Shown piece by piece: positions 20,143 through 29,781 of a DNA stretch of 64,000 bases. A program made the translations under genes and the position numbers. Within the stretch, counting starts at the first letter, position 1. Every line of letters begins with the position of its first letter. Location of the stretch: the NCBI GenBank assembly GCA_965237415.1, contig CBDEFM010000001.1, forward strand, positions 64,001 through 128,000, read 5' to 3'. Below the pieces are notes generated by a model. It searched no databases and had not been told where the DNA came from. It was given only the letters and a program-made list of their open reading frames with translations. This DNA comes from Alphaproteobacteria bacterium. Lineage in GTDB: Bacteria > Pseudomonadota > Alphaproteobacteria > UBA828.

Positions 20143-21170
20143 TGCCCGATCCACGCTTCTTCGCCGTGGCGGGTCCGTTCGCGCTGGCCGAGATCGCCGA
20201 GGCCGTCGGCGCGCTTCTCGCGGCCGGTGCAGACCCGGCGAAGACGCTCAGCGATGTGGCTCCGCTCGGGCAAGCGGGGCCCGAGCACCTGAGCTTCCTC
20301 GACAATCGCAAGTACGTCGAAGCGTTCGCCATCTGCCGCGCCGGCGCCTGCATCGCACCGGCTGCGTTGGCCGACCGCGCGCCGCCAGACGTGGCGATAT
20401 TGACGAGCGAGGCTCCGTACAAGTCTTACGCGCTGGCCGCAGCCTTGTTCTATCCCGTGTCAGCGCCCACACCGGAGGTGCATCCTGCGGCGGTCATCGA
20501 CCCGGCGGCGACGGTCGGCGAAGGGTGCCGGATCGAGGCCGGCGCCGTCATCGAGGCCAGCGCGCGCCTAGGCGCTCGCTGCCTGATCGGGGCCAACGTC
20601 ACGATCGGGACTGCGGTCGAGATCGGCGAAGATACGCGAATCGGTGCCGGCGCCTCGCTCAGCCATTGCATCGTGGGCGCACGGGTGTCGATCTTTCCCG
20701 GAGTGCGGATCGGCCAGGAGGGCTTCGGCTTCGCGGTCGACAAGAGCGGCCACGTGAGGGTTCCCCAGCTCGGCCGCGTCCTGATCGAGGATGATGTCGA
20801 GATCGGCGCCAACACCACCATCGACCGCGGAGCCGGCCCCGATACCGTGATCGGCCAAGGCTGCCGCATCGACAATCTGGTGCAAATCGCCCACAACGTC
20901 CGCATCGGGCGCGGCACCATGATCGCGGCGCAAGCCGGCATCGCGGGCAGCGCCAGGATCGGCGACTTCGTGCTGATCGGCGGGCAGGTGGGGGTGGTGG
21001 GCCACCTCACGGTTGGCGACGGTGTGCGGCTCGTCGGCCAGAGCGGCATAATCCGCGACATCGAGCCGGGCGAGACCTACGCCGGCACGCCCGCCGTGCC
21101 GATCCGGCAATGGCACCGTCAAACCGCACAGTTGGCGCGACTGGCAAGAGGCAGAGCGTCCCCGGAATGA
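20142..21170 (+). CDS. lpxD: UDP-3-O-(3-hydroxyacyl)glucosamine N-acyltransferase
   Basis: Hexapeptide repeats, [18 protein letters not shown] and [10 protein letters not shown] motifs. Confidence 0.96.
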   Translation: MPDPRFFAVAGPFALAEIAEAVGALLAAGADPAKTLSDVAPLGQAGPEHLSFLDNRKYVEAFAICRAGACIAPAALADRAPPDVAILTSEAPYKSYALAAALFYPVSAPTPEVHPAAVIDPAATVGEGCRIEAGAVIEASARLGARCLIGANVTIGTAVEIGEDTRIGAGASLSHCIVGARVSIFPGVRIGQEGFGFAVDKSGHVRVPQLGRVLIEDDVEIGANTTIDRGAGPDTVIGQGCRIDNLVQIAHNVRIGRGTMIAAQAGIAGSARIGDFVLIGGQVGVVGHLTVGDGVRLVGQSGIIRDIEPGETYAGTPAVPIRQWHRQTAQLARLARGRASPE

Positions 21171-21637
21171 ACGAGACGACACCGAAGCAGACCGTGGAGC
21201 GCATGGACATCGAGGATATCCTCGAGGCGATCCCCCACCGTTATCCGTTCCTCATGATAGACCGGGTCATCGACGTGATCCCGGACGAGAGCGCCATCGG
21301 CATCAAGAACGTATCGATCAACGAATCGTATTTTCACGGCCACTTCCCGCGCCGGCCGGTGATGCCGGGCGTGCTGATCATCGAATCGATGGCACAGAGT
21401 GCCGCCGTGCTCGTGGTGGCGACCCTTGGCTCGGCGATGGCGGGCAAGCTCGTGTACTTCATGTCGATCGACGACTGCCGCTTCCGACGGCCCGTGGTGC
21501 CGGGTGATCAGCTTTTCGTCCATGTGACCAAGAAGCACCGCCGCCGGAACGTGTGGAAGTTCGAGGCCAGAGCTGCAGTGGACGACCAGACGGTCGCGGA
21601 AGCGACATACTCGGCGATGATCCTGGAAGACAGCTGA
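21167..21637 (+). CDS. fabZ: 3-hydroxyacyl-ACP dehydratase
   Basis: PHRYPFL.IDRV and [14 protein letters not shown] motifs. Confidence 0.96.
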   Translation: MNETTPKQTVERMDIEDILEAIPHRYPFLMIDRVIDVIPDESAIGIKNVSINESYFHGHFPRRPVMPGVLIIESMAQSAAVLVVATLGSAMAGKLVYFMSIDDCRFRRPVVPGDQLFVHVTKKHRRRNVWKFEARAAVDDQTVAEATYSAMILEDS

Positions 21638-21638
21638 C

Positions 21639-22439
21639 GTGGCGGATATTCACCCGACCGCGATCGTCGAGCCCGGCGCCGAGCTCGGCGAGGGCGTCAG
21701 CATCGGCCCTTACTGCATCGTGGGTGGCGACGTCGTGCTCGGCGACGAGGTTCGGCTGGTCTCGCACGCCGTCGTTGCCGGCCGCACGACCATCGGGCCG
21801 CGCACGAGCATCTATCCCTTCGCCTCGATCGGCCATCCGCCCCAGGACACCAAGTACCGGGGCGAGCCGTCGCGTCTGGAGATCGGCGTCGACAACGTCA
21901 TCCGCGAGCACGTGACCATGAGTCCGGGGACGCCTCACGGCCGCATGCTGACGCGCGTCGGCAACAACTGCCTGTTCATGATCGCAACCCACGTCGCCCA
22001 TGACTGCATCGTGGGCGACCATGTCGTCATGGCCAACAATGCGACCTTGGGCGGCCACGTGAGGGTGGACGACTGGGCCATTCTCGGCGGCCTCGCCGGC
22101 GTGCATCAGTTCGTTCGCATCGGGCGCCACGCGATCGTCGGCGGCATGTCCGGCGTCGAGCACGACATCATCCCTTACGGCTCTGCTATGGGCGACCGCG
22201 CCCGGCTGACGGGGCTCAACTTGATCGGGCTCAAGCGCCGGGGCTTCAGCCGCGACATCGTCCACGATCTCCGGCGTGCCTTCCGCCTGCTTTTTGCGCA
22301 AGAGGGGACTATGTCGGAGCGTCTCGCGGACGTTGCCGAGCTGTTCCGGGACAACGAGCCGGTCATGGACATCGTCGACTTCATACGGCTCGATCGCGAC
22401 CGCTCGATATGCCAGCCCCGGGACGATGGAAACGAGTAG
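21639..22439 (+). CDS. lpxA: UDP-N-acetylglucosamine O-acyltransferase
   Basis: IHPTAIV, PQD.KY, HVAHDC, VHQF and GLN.IGLKRRGF motifs. Confidence 0.96.
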   Translation: MADIHPTAIVEPGAELGEGVSIGPYCIVGGDVVLGDEVRLVSHAVVAGRTTIGPRTSIYPFASIGHPPQDTKYRGEPSRLEIGVDNVIREHVTMSPGTPHGRMLTRVGNNCLFMIATHVAHDCIVGDHVVMANNATLGGHVRVDDWAILGGLAGVHQFVRIGRHAIVGGMSGVEHDIIPYGSAMGDRARLTGLNLIGLKRRGFSRDIVHDLRRAFRLLFAQEGTMSERLADVAELFRDNEPVMDIVDFIRLDRDRSICQPRDDGNE

Positions 22440-23244
22440 TCTCGGGATCCTTGCCGGCGGCGGACCGCTGCCGGGCCTCATCGCGCGAGCCTCGGTCGGT
22501 GAAGGCCGCGATGTCCTGGTCATCGCCTTCGAAGGCGAAACGGACCCGGCGACGTGCGAAGGCGTTCCACACCGTTGGCTCGGGCTCGGCGCGGTCGGCG
22601 CCCTCCTCAAGGCGCTGCGGCGGGCAAACTGCCGCGAGGTGGTGCTTGCCGGTTCGATCCGCCGGCCGTCTCTCTCCACCATCAGACCGGACCTGCGCGG
22701 CATGCGCCTCATGGGACGCATCGCAAGCGCGCGGGGCAAGGGCGACGACGCACTCCTCTCGCTGGTGATCGCGGAGCTCGAGGAGGAGGGCTATGCCGTG
22801 GTCGGCGTCGACGACCTGATTGCGTCCTTGTGCGCGCCTGCGGGCGTGATCGGCGAGCGCGCACCCGACGACGTTGCCGAACGCGACATCGCCATCGGCG
22901 TCGAAGCCGCGCGCGCGCTCGGCGCCCACGATATCGGCCAAGCCGTCGTCGTGCAGGCCGGGCGCGTTCTCGGTGTCGAGGGCGTCGAAGGAACGGACGG
23001 GCTTATCGAACGCTGTGCCGCGCTTCAGGAGGCGGGGCCGGGCGCGGTGCTCGTCAAGATGAGGAAGCCGGGCCAGGAGCGTCGGGCCGACCTTCCGACG
23101 ATCGGGCTCACCACGATCGAGAAGCTCGCGGAGGCCGGCTTCAGCGGCGTGGCGTTCGAGGCGGGCGAGACGCTGATCCTGGAGCGCGCTCAGGCGGTCG
23201 CGCGCGCCGACGCGCACGGCGTGTTCATGATCGGCGTGAGCTGA
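22426..23244 (+). CDS. lpxI: UDP-2,3-diacylglucosamine diphosphatase
   Basis: LGILAGGG.LP, GDDALL, DIGQAVVV, EG.EGTD and DLPTIG motifs. Confidence 0.92.
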   Translation: METSSLGILAGGGPLPGLIARASVGEGRDVLVIAFEGETDPATCEGVPHRWLGLGAVGALLKALRRANCREVVLAGSIRRPSLSTIRPDLRGMRLMGRIASARGKGDDALLSLVIAELEEEGYAVVGVDDLIASLCAPAGVIGERAPDDVAERDIAIGVEAARALGAHDIGQAVVVQAGRVLGVEGVEGTDGLIERCAALQEAGPGAVLVKMRKPGQERRADLPTIGLTTIEKLAEAGFSGVAFEAGETLILERAQAVARADAHGVFMIGVS

Positions 23245-23252
23245 CGGACGAA

Positions 23253-24443
23253 ATGATTCGGGACGCGCCGCTGATCTTCCTGATTGCCGGCGAGCCGTCC
23301 GGCGATCTCATCGCTTCCCGCCTGATGGCGGCGCTCAAGCGGCGCTCAGGCAACGGCGTGCGGTTCGCCGGTATCGGCGGTCCGCTCATGGCCGAACAGG
23401 GGCTGGAGAGCCTGTTCCCCTACTCCGAGCTCTCGATGCTGGGGGTTTTGGAAGTCGTGCCCCACGTGCCGCGCTTGCTTGCGCGTATTCGGGCCACCGC
23501 GCGCACCGCGCGCCGGCTGCGGCCGGCGGCCTTCGTCTCGGTCGACGTGCCGGGTTTCGCGCTCCGTGTCGCGCGCAGGCTGAAGGGTGCCGACTTTCCC
23601 CTGATCCACTATGTGGCGCCCACCGTCTGGGCCTACCGGCCGGGGCGCGCGGCGGAGATCGCGCGCTATCTCGACCGCGTGCTTTGCCTCTTCCCGTTCG
23701 AACCACCCTATTTCGAGGCGGAGGGCCTGAACGCGAGCTTCGTCGGCCACCCCCTGGTGGAAGAGCCCATCGACGATGCCAACGGGCCGGCCTTCCGCAG
23801 ACGCCACGGCATCGCGCCGGCACAACCCGTGATCGCCGTCTTGCCAGGCAGCCGGGCCAGCGAGCTGCGCCGGCATGAGCCGGTGTTCGGAGAGGTCGTG
23901 CGAATGCTCGCCCGGCGCATCGAGGGTCTCCGCATCCTGGTGCCAACGCTGCCGCAGAACCGCGCGACTGTTGCCGCCCAGACCGCGTCATGGGGGGCGT
24001 CGGTTACCGTGGTCGAGGGCAAGGCGGAAAAGTATGCCGCGTTCGCGGCGAGCGACGTGGCGCTCACGGCCTCCGGCATGGCGACGCTGGAACTCGCGCT
24101 CGCAGGTGTTCCCATGATCGTCTGCTATCGGGCTAACCCGCTGACGGCGGCGATCGCGCGGCGAGTCGTCACGGTGCCGTATGTCGCGATGCCCAACATC
24201 ATCGCCGATCGCCCAGCCGCACCGGAATTCTTGCAGCGCGATTGCACCCCCCGACGCCTCGTGCCCGCGGTCGAGCAACTGCTTCAGGACCCCGACCGCC
24301 AGCGCGAGCAGATCGACAGCTTCAGTGAGATCGCCGCCCGGCTCGGACGCGGCGGCCCACCGCCGAGCGAACGCGCGGCCGAGGCTGTGCTGCACATGAT
24401 CGATGGGACGGCGCAGCGTGGCCACCGACCCACCGCGCGCTGA
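23253..24443 (+). CDS. lpxB: Lipid-A-disaccharide synthase
   Basis: AGEPSGD, YVAP.VWA, FPFE, FVGHP and LPGSR motifs. Confidence 0.95.
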   Translation: MIRDAPLIFLIAGEPSGDLIASRLMAALKRRSGNGVRFAGIGGPLMAEQGLESLFPYSELSMLGVLEVVPHVPRLLARIRATARTARRLRPAAFVSVDVPGFALRVARRLKGADFPLIHYVAPTVWAYRPGRAAEIARYLDRVLCLFPFEPPYFEAEGLNASFVGHPLVEEPIDDANGPAFRRRHGIAPAQPVIAVLPGSRASELRRHEPVFGEVVRMLARRIEGLRILVPTLPQNRATVAAQTASWGASVTVVEGKAEKYAAFAASDVALTASGMATLELALAGVPMIVCYRANPLTAAIARRVVTVPYVAMPNIIADRPAAPEFLQRDCTPRRLVPAVEQLLQDPDRQREQIDSFSEIAARLGRGGPPPSERAAEAVLHMIDGTAQRGHRPTAR

Positions 24444-24451
24444 CGGTTGCA

Positions 24452-25354
24452 ATGGCGCTGTCGCTCATCCTCATCCTCATCGCCGGCATCAACTTCAGCC
24501 TGCTGATCCCGGTCAACAAGATCGCCGGCGACGCCGGATTCCCCAATTTCGCCTATGTGTTCTGGTACGCCCTTGGCGCCGGGTTGATTCTGCTGGTCCC
24601 GGCGATCATCCGTCGCGAGCTGCCGCAACTCACGGTGCCGCACCTCAGGCTCTATTTCATCAGCGCCACATTGGGCTTCGCTTTTCCGTTCGCGCTGCTC
24701 GCTTTCGTCGCCACCAAACTGCCCTCTGGCGTCACCGTTCTCCTGATCACGCTCACGCCGCTCTTCACCTATTCCCTCGCGGTCATCGCGCGGCTGGAGC
24801 GCTTTCAACCCATCTGCGCGGCGGGGCTCTTGGCGGGCATCGCCGGGGTCCTCCTCATCGTCATTCCGGGCGACAGCCTGCCGGCACCGAGCATGGCCGT
24901 CTGGTTTCTTATCGCGCTGCTGATTCCCTTCGGGTTCGGGGCGCTCAACGTGATCGTCGAGCGCTTTCGCCCGCCCGAGGCGTCTTCGCTCGGGCTTGCG
25001 ATCGGCAACCTCTTCGCCGGTGCGCTGCTGCTCCTCCCGTTCTTGCCGGCAACCGGCCAGCTCTACCTCTTCCCCGGGCCGGATCTGGACGGCGATCTCG
25101 CGCTCGTCGCGGCGGTCGTCATCAACGCGATCATGTGGCCGATGTTCTACATAATCGTGCGCCGCGCCGGCGCCTCGCTCTTCTCCATCATGACGATCAT
25201 CGGTGTGGTCGGCGGTATCGGTTGGGGCATCCTCTTCTTCGACGAGACCCACTCTGCCTATGTGTGGGGCGCCGCAGGGCTCATGCTTGCCGCCTTCGTC
25301 ATGATGGTGATTGGCTCGATCCGCTCCCGCGGGCCTGCCGCGCACGCCGACTGA
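24452..25354 (+). CDS. DMT/EamA family transporter
   Basis: About 300 aa, roughly ten hydrophobic segments, two EamA-like halves. Confidence 0.8.
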   Translation: MALSLILILIAGINFSLLIPVNKIAGDAGFPNFAYVFWYALGAGLILLVPAIIRRELPQLTVPHLRLYFISATLGFAFPFALLAFVATKLPSGVTVLLITLTPLFTYSLAVIARLERFQPICAAGLLAGIAGVLLIVIPGDSLPAPSMAVWFLIALLIPFGFGALNVIVERFRPPEASSLGLAIGNLFAGALLLLPFLPATGQLYLFPGPDLDGDLALVAAVVINAIMWPMFYIIVRRAGASLFSIMTIIGVVGGIGWGILFFDETHSAYVWGAAGLMLAAFVMMVIGSIRSRGPAAHAD

Positions 25355-25498
25355 GCGCCTGACGCAGGAGCGCGTTCGACATCTCGCGCACGATGGCGTC
25401 GACGCGTCGCGCGAGGATGGGCGTGGCGACCGGGTCCCTTATCATCCCGGCCGACCCGTGGGGCGGCGCCCCTCGTATCGTTCTCCGCCGCCGCCGGC

Positions 25499-25523
25499 AA
25501 AAAAGTGCTCGCCGATGGCGAGC
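25499..25523 (-). terminator. Rho-independent terminator of the csp gene
   Basis: Minus strand GCTCGCC-ATC-GGCGAGC hairpin followed by ACTTTTTT, just after the stop codon. Confidence 0.7.
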
Positions 25524-25527
25524 GGCC

Positions 25528-26082
25528 TCAGATCAGCTCGACATTGGTCGCCTGCGGCCCGCGCGGGCCTTGCGTGATCGTCAGCCGCACGCGCTGCTGA
25601 GGCTCCAGATCGTCGATGCCGGAACGGGCCAGCACCTTGGCATGGATGAACACGTCCTGCCCGCCGCTGTCCGGCGTGACGAAGCCGTAGCTCTTGCCCA
25701 CGTTATAGAACTTGACCGTGCCCTCGACTTCCTCGGTCGGGCCCGTCGGCTCGTCATAGCGCCGGCTCTGGAAGCCGCCGGGGCCGGGGCCGGGGCGGCG
25801 CGGCCGGTCTCCCCGCGGCGGCATGACGGTCGCCGTCGAGGTATCGACGTCAAGGATTTGCGAGACCTGCGGGCCTTTCTGCCCCTGCACGATCTCGCAT
25901 TTGACGGTGGCCCCTTGGGGCAGCGAGTCGAAGCCAGCCCGCTCGACCGCGGACACATGGCAAAAGACATCGGGGGAGCCGTCGTCGGGCACAAGAAAGC
26001 CGAATCCCTTGGTCGGGTTGAACCACTTGACCTGGGCCGTGATTGAGTCGCCTTCGGTAGGCGGCGAACTGATGTCTGACAT
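25528..26082 (-). CDS. Cold-shock protein with two CSD domains
   Basis: VKWFN..KGFGF...DVFCH and VKFYN..KSYGF...DVFIH. The upstream part of the tracked ORF is antisense shadow. Confidence 0.9.
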   Translation of the reverse strand: MSDISSPPTEGDSITAQVKWFNPTKGFGFLVPDDGSPDVFCHVSAVERAGFDSLPQGATVKCEIVQGQKGPQVSQILDVDTSTATVMPPRGDRPRRPGPGPGGFQSRRYDEPTGPTEEVEGTVKFYNVGKSYGFVTPDSGGQDVFIHAKVLARSGIDDLEPQQRVRLTITQGPRGPQATNVELI

Positions 26083-26319
26083 GATGGACCAACTTGTTTG
26101 CTGTGAGATGGGCGCCTCGGCGGGTTCTCCCGCTTCGTTGGGAGCAACATCATAGCGGCTTCCGCGTCGGCTCCACATTTTATTCTGCGCGTTCCGCATC
26201 CCGTGCACGAAATTGTTGAGCGGCAGGCGCAAGCCCGGAACGCGAGACATTGACGGCAGGGGCAGCACCGCCTTACCGTCCGGGCCAGATCGCGCAACGC
26301 CACCGGGGAGGCTGCAGCC

Positions 26320-27252
26320 ATGTCGGAATCGAAGGGAATCGCTTACTGCCAGGGACGCTACATGCCGATCGAGGAGGCGTCGATACCGATCCTCGACCCG
26401 GCCTTCCACAAGAGCGATGTGGTGTTCGACGCTGTCACGGTCTGCGATGGCGTCTTCTTCCGCCTCGACGACCATATGCAGCGCTTCTACGATTCGTGCG
26501 TGCATGTGCGGCTCACACCGCCGCTGCCTGACGCAGAAATCAGGCAGATCATGGCGCAGTGCGCCCACCGTGCAGGCTTCACGAATTCGATCGTCTATGT
26601 GCTTTGCACGCGCGGGCGCTACGCCGGCGGTGCCGCATTCGGCGATCCGCGTAACTCCGAAAACGAGCTGATCGCCTACGCGGTGCCCTATTACACCATC
26701 GTGCCTGAGCCGAAGGTGAAGTCGGGCGCGCATCTCTGGATCGCAAACACCCGCCGCGCACCGGACGCCGCCATCAACCAGCGGTGCAAGAACTTCAACC
26801 GGATGGACCTGACCGCCGCCCACTTCGAGGCGCTCGACAACGGCGCGGACCAGCCCGTTCTTCTCTCCACCGACGGCTACCTCACGGAAGGCCCCGGCTT
26901 CAACGTCTGGATCATCCGCGACGGCAAGGCGCTGACCCCCGGCGACAACCTGCTGGAGGGCATCACCCGCAAGACCGTGTTCGATCTCTGCCAGGACATT
27001 GGCATGGAGGCCGAGGCGGCCGATCTGAGGGCGGAAGACCTCGAAGAAGCCGGCGAGGCGTTCATCTCGTCCTCCGGCGGGGGCGTCATGCCGGTGGTCC
27101 GGGTCAACGACAAGTCCATCGGCAACGGCGCGCCCGGCATCACCACCGGCCGGCTTTCCGACCTCTACTGGTCGAAGCGCGCAGACGGCTGGCACGCGAC
27201 GCCGGTCGCCGACCTGTTGGAAGACGAAGAAGAGCAGGCGGCTAGCGCTTAA
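26320..27252 (+). CDS. PLP fold-IV aminotransferase, (R)-amine transaminase-like
   Basis: FFRLDDH..RF..S, TRG, catalytic K in CKN, LTEGPGFN and LEGITR motifs. Confidence 0.85.
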   Translation: MSESKGIAYCQGRYMPIEEASIPILDPAFHKSDVVFDAVTVCDGVFFRLDDHMQRFYDSCVHVRLTPPLPDAEIRQIMAQCAHRAGFTNSIVYVLCTRGRYAGGAAFGDPRNSENELIAYAVPYYTIVPEPKVKSGAHLWIANTRRAPDAAINQRCKNFNRMDLTAAHFEALDNGADQPVLLSTDGYLTEGPGFNVWIIRDGKALTPGDNLLEGITRKTVFDLCQDIGMEAEAADLRAEDLEEAGEAFISSSGGGVMPVVRVNDKSIGNGAPGITTGRLSDLYWSKRADGWHATPVADLLEDEEEQAASA

Positions 27253-27260
27253 GAGTTGTT

Positions 27261-27364
27261 TCGCTCACGGTAGCCGGCCTTCGGCCGGCGCCTCCGCGAG
27301 GGCGCCGCAGGAGCGGCGGGCCGCGGTCGCGGCCTACCGCGAGTCCGTCCCAGACGGACTCGCT
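27261..27364 (+). repeat. 104-bp multi-hairpin intergenic repeat, copy 1
   Basis: 90/104 ungapped identity (hand count) to the reverse complement of 50164-50267. Confidence 0.85.
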
Positions 27365-27379
27365 CTGGAGGGTGCACCC

Positions 27380-28138
27380 TCACGCCGGGGCGCCGAGACG
27401 CTTCAGCGAGGCGGGCGCGACGGAGAAGATCTCGCCCCAGCCGGCGATGCGGCTCGGATCGACGCCGGCGAGCGCGAGCGTGCCCCAGAGCGCCGCCGCC
27501 ACGCTGTCGTAGACCGGGCGGCCGGCTTCCGCCTCCATCTGCGCGGCGTGGGGCGCGCCCTTCAGGTTCGTGCAGACGGCGGCGATCGCCTCCGGCTCGG
27601 CACCCACCACGGCGCGGATCATGTCTTCGGTCTCCGCCGCGGGGATCGTGGCGTACCCGAAGGTGTCGTCGCTGTCCAGATGGCGCTCGGCCACGCATTC
27701 GAAGCCCTCGCGTCGATAGGTCTCGATGATCGCCTCCTGCAACGCGTCCTCGAACGGCGTGACCAGGGCGAAGCGTTTGATTCCCCGGCTGCGGAAGAGC
27801 TCGGTCAGCGCCAGCGTCGCACTCGTCGCCGGAATGCCGGTCTCGCGCGCGATCGCTTCGCAGAGCCGGCGGTCGAAGTCAGGGCCGAGCCAGCTGCCGG
27901 CGGTGCCGTTCCAGCAGATGGCATGGACTCGGGCGTCCGCCAGCAAGCGCGCGGCGGCGAGCATGGGCTCATCGGCGAACTGAGACGTTGCGTCATCGCC
28001 GAGCGAAATATGGGTCACCCGCACCCGGCTGAAATGCGCGGTCACATCGGGCAGGTCGCTAAGCAGGGCATAGGTCACGGGCTCCAGCACCGTGTTGAGC
28101 GACGGCGTGATCATGCCGATACGCGTCTGGCTCTGCAT
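27380..28138 (-). CDS. Asp/Glu racemase / maleate isomerase / arylmalonate decarboxylase family protein
   Basis: IGMITPS.NTVLE, HFSR, WNGT, LVTP, CTNL and PVYDS motifs. Confidence 0.82.
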   Translation of the reverse strand: MQSQTRIGMITPSLNTVLEPVTYALLSDLPDVTAHFSRVRVTHISLGDDATSQFADEPMLAAARLLADARVHAICWNGTAGSWLGPDFDRRLCEAIARETGIPATSATLALTELFRSRGIKRFALVTPFEDALQEAIIETYRREGFECVAERHLDSDDTFGYATIPAAETEDMIRAVVGAEPEAIAAVCTNLKGAPHAAQMEAEAGRPVYDSVAAALWGTLALAGVDPSRIAGWGEIFSVAPASLKRLGAPA

Positions 28139-28169
28139 GGGTTGCTCCAGTCCGACGTTGCGTCTTCGG

Positions 28170-29735
28170 TCAGGGCGCGCTCACGCACGCATTGGGAGAC
28201 ATCACGTGAGCAACGCCTGTCGCGGTGCCGCTCTGCGGATCCCAAACGGCCGCGTTCGGGCAGGCATACGCCGACGGATGAACCCCGTGCGGCCGCACCG
28301 CGATCGCAAACCGCGCCTCCAACAGGGCAAGCGTCTCCGCCGGCAGCCTGGCATCGGCCTCGACGAGATCGGGGCCATCGACATTGATGCGCGGGCAGTG
28401 CGCGGCGTCGTCCGGGCTCATTCCGAAATCCGCGAGGAAGGAGAGCAGCTGCGCGACGGCGGGGAGGATACGGCGCCCGCCGGAGGCGCCGAGCGCCGCG
28501 CGCCGCCCGTCCGCAAGCTCGACGAGGGTGGGGCACATGTTGGAGAGCGGCCGCTTGCCGGGCGCGATCGAGTTGGGTCCGCCAGGCCGAGGGTCGAACC
28601 ACATGATCCCGTTGTTCATCAGGACCCCGGTCTGCGGCAGCATCACCTTGGCGCCGAAGGGAGAAAGCAGGGTCTGGGTCAGCGCGACCACGGTGCCGTC
28701 CCGGTCCGCGACGCCGAGATGGCTCGTGCAGGACGCAGGGTCCCCGCCGGTGCCCTCGCCCATGGCCCGGAGACGCTCGGCGTAGGCGGCGCGCAATGCC
28801 TCGGCGTAAGCCGCGTAGGCCTCGCCGCCGGGGGGCGCCGCGCCGGGGACGAGCGAGGCGGCGAGGCGGTTCAAGACATCGATCAGCGTCGGCCCTGCGG
28901 TCAGTCCCGGCGCGGTGCTGACCAGAGCATCGCCGTAGCGGGTCGCCGGGGCCTCCTCGACTTGGGCTTCGTAGTCCGCCAGATCGGTGTCCGTTAACCG
29001 GCCGCCGAGCGCCGCCATGTCGGCGCAAATGGCCCGCGCAATCTCGCCAGTATAGAAGTCGGCGGGCCCGGCCTCGGCGAGCCTCCGAAGCGTCTCCGCC
29101 AGCGATCCCAAGCGGATGCGGGGCGCGTCGCCGGTCCAGGGCGTGGCCTTTGGATAGCCATCCGCGAGATAGGTGGCGGCGCAGCCGGGGTTCTGCGTGA
29201 GCTCCGGCGCGGATGCCGCAATCGCGACGGTGGCATGCCAGTCCACCTCCATGCCCCGCTCGGCCAAAGCGCACGCGGGCGCCACGAGGTCGGCCCAGCC
29301 CCAACTGCCGAAGCGCTCGTGCGCCAACGCGAGGCCCGCGACCTGCCCCGGCACCGCGACCGCAAACGGACCGCGCGTGTTGCGGTCGCCCTTGACAGCC
29401 GGCCAGCCGAACAAGTCCGCGCCGGCCTCGCCGGTGAGCGGGTAGTCCGCCGGGTCCAATGCGCCGGGCGCCACCATCCCGAAGGAGACGGCATACGTCT
29501 GGGCCTCGACTGCGGGGCGAACGAGCATGTACCCGCCACCGCCGAGCCCGCTCATCCAGGGCTCGACCGTAGCCAGCGCAAGGCTCGCGGCGATGGCGGC
29601 GTCGACGGCATTGCCGCCGTCCGCCAGCACCCGCGCGCCGGCCTCGGACGCGGCCTGGTGCTGGGTCGCGACCACCCCTCCGCGGCTCGTCACCGCGGGC
29701 TTGCGGACGACCCAGCGTTCCGGATTCTCCGTCAC
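28170..29735 (-). CDS. Gamma-glutamyltransferase family protein
   Basis: GGNAVDAA, EP.MSGLGGGG, TSH nucleophile, PGKRPLSNM.P and GASGG motifs. Confidence 0.9.
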   Translation of the reverse strand: MTENPERWVVRKPAVTSRGGVVATQHQAASEAGARVLADGGNAVDAAIAASLALATVEPWMSGLGGGGYMLVRPAVEAQTYAVSFGMVAPGALDPADYPLTGEAGADLFGWPAVKGDRNTRGPFAVAVPGQVAGLALAHERFGSWGWADLVAPACALAERGMEVDWHATVAIAASAPELTQNPGCAATYLADGYPKATPWTGDAPRIRLGSLAETLRRLAEAGPADFYTGEIARAICADMAALGGRLTDTDLADYEAQVEEAPATRYGDALVSTAPGLTAGPTLIDVLNRLAASLVPGAAPPGGEAYAAYAEALRAAYAERLRAMGEGTGGDPASCTSHLGVADRDGTVVALTQTLLSPFGAKVMLPQTGVLMNNGIMWFDPRPGGPNSIAPGKRPLSNMCPTLVELADGRRAALGASGGRRILPAVAQLLSFLADFGMSPDDAAHCPRINVDGPDLVEADARLPAETLALLEARFAIAVRPHGVHPSAYACPNAAVWDPQSGTATGVAHVMSPNACVSAP

Positions 29736-29781
29736 CGCCGAAACTCAGGCCTGCCGCAGGGAGGGCCGGGCAGCACGAGTG

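Noticed and set aside
26083-27195. Long N-terminal extension of the cold-shock protein (also the extensions on TIGR02186, lpxB, deacetylase and ATP12 ORFs)
   Set aside because: Open frames overlapping neighbouring genes; not fusions.
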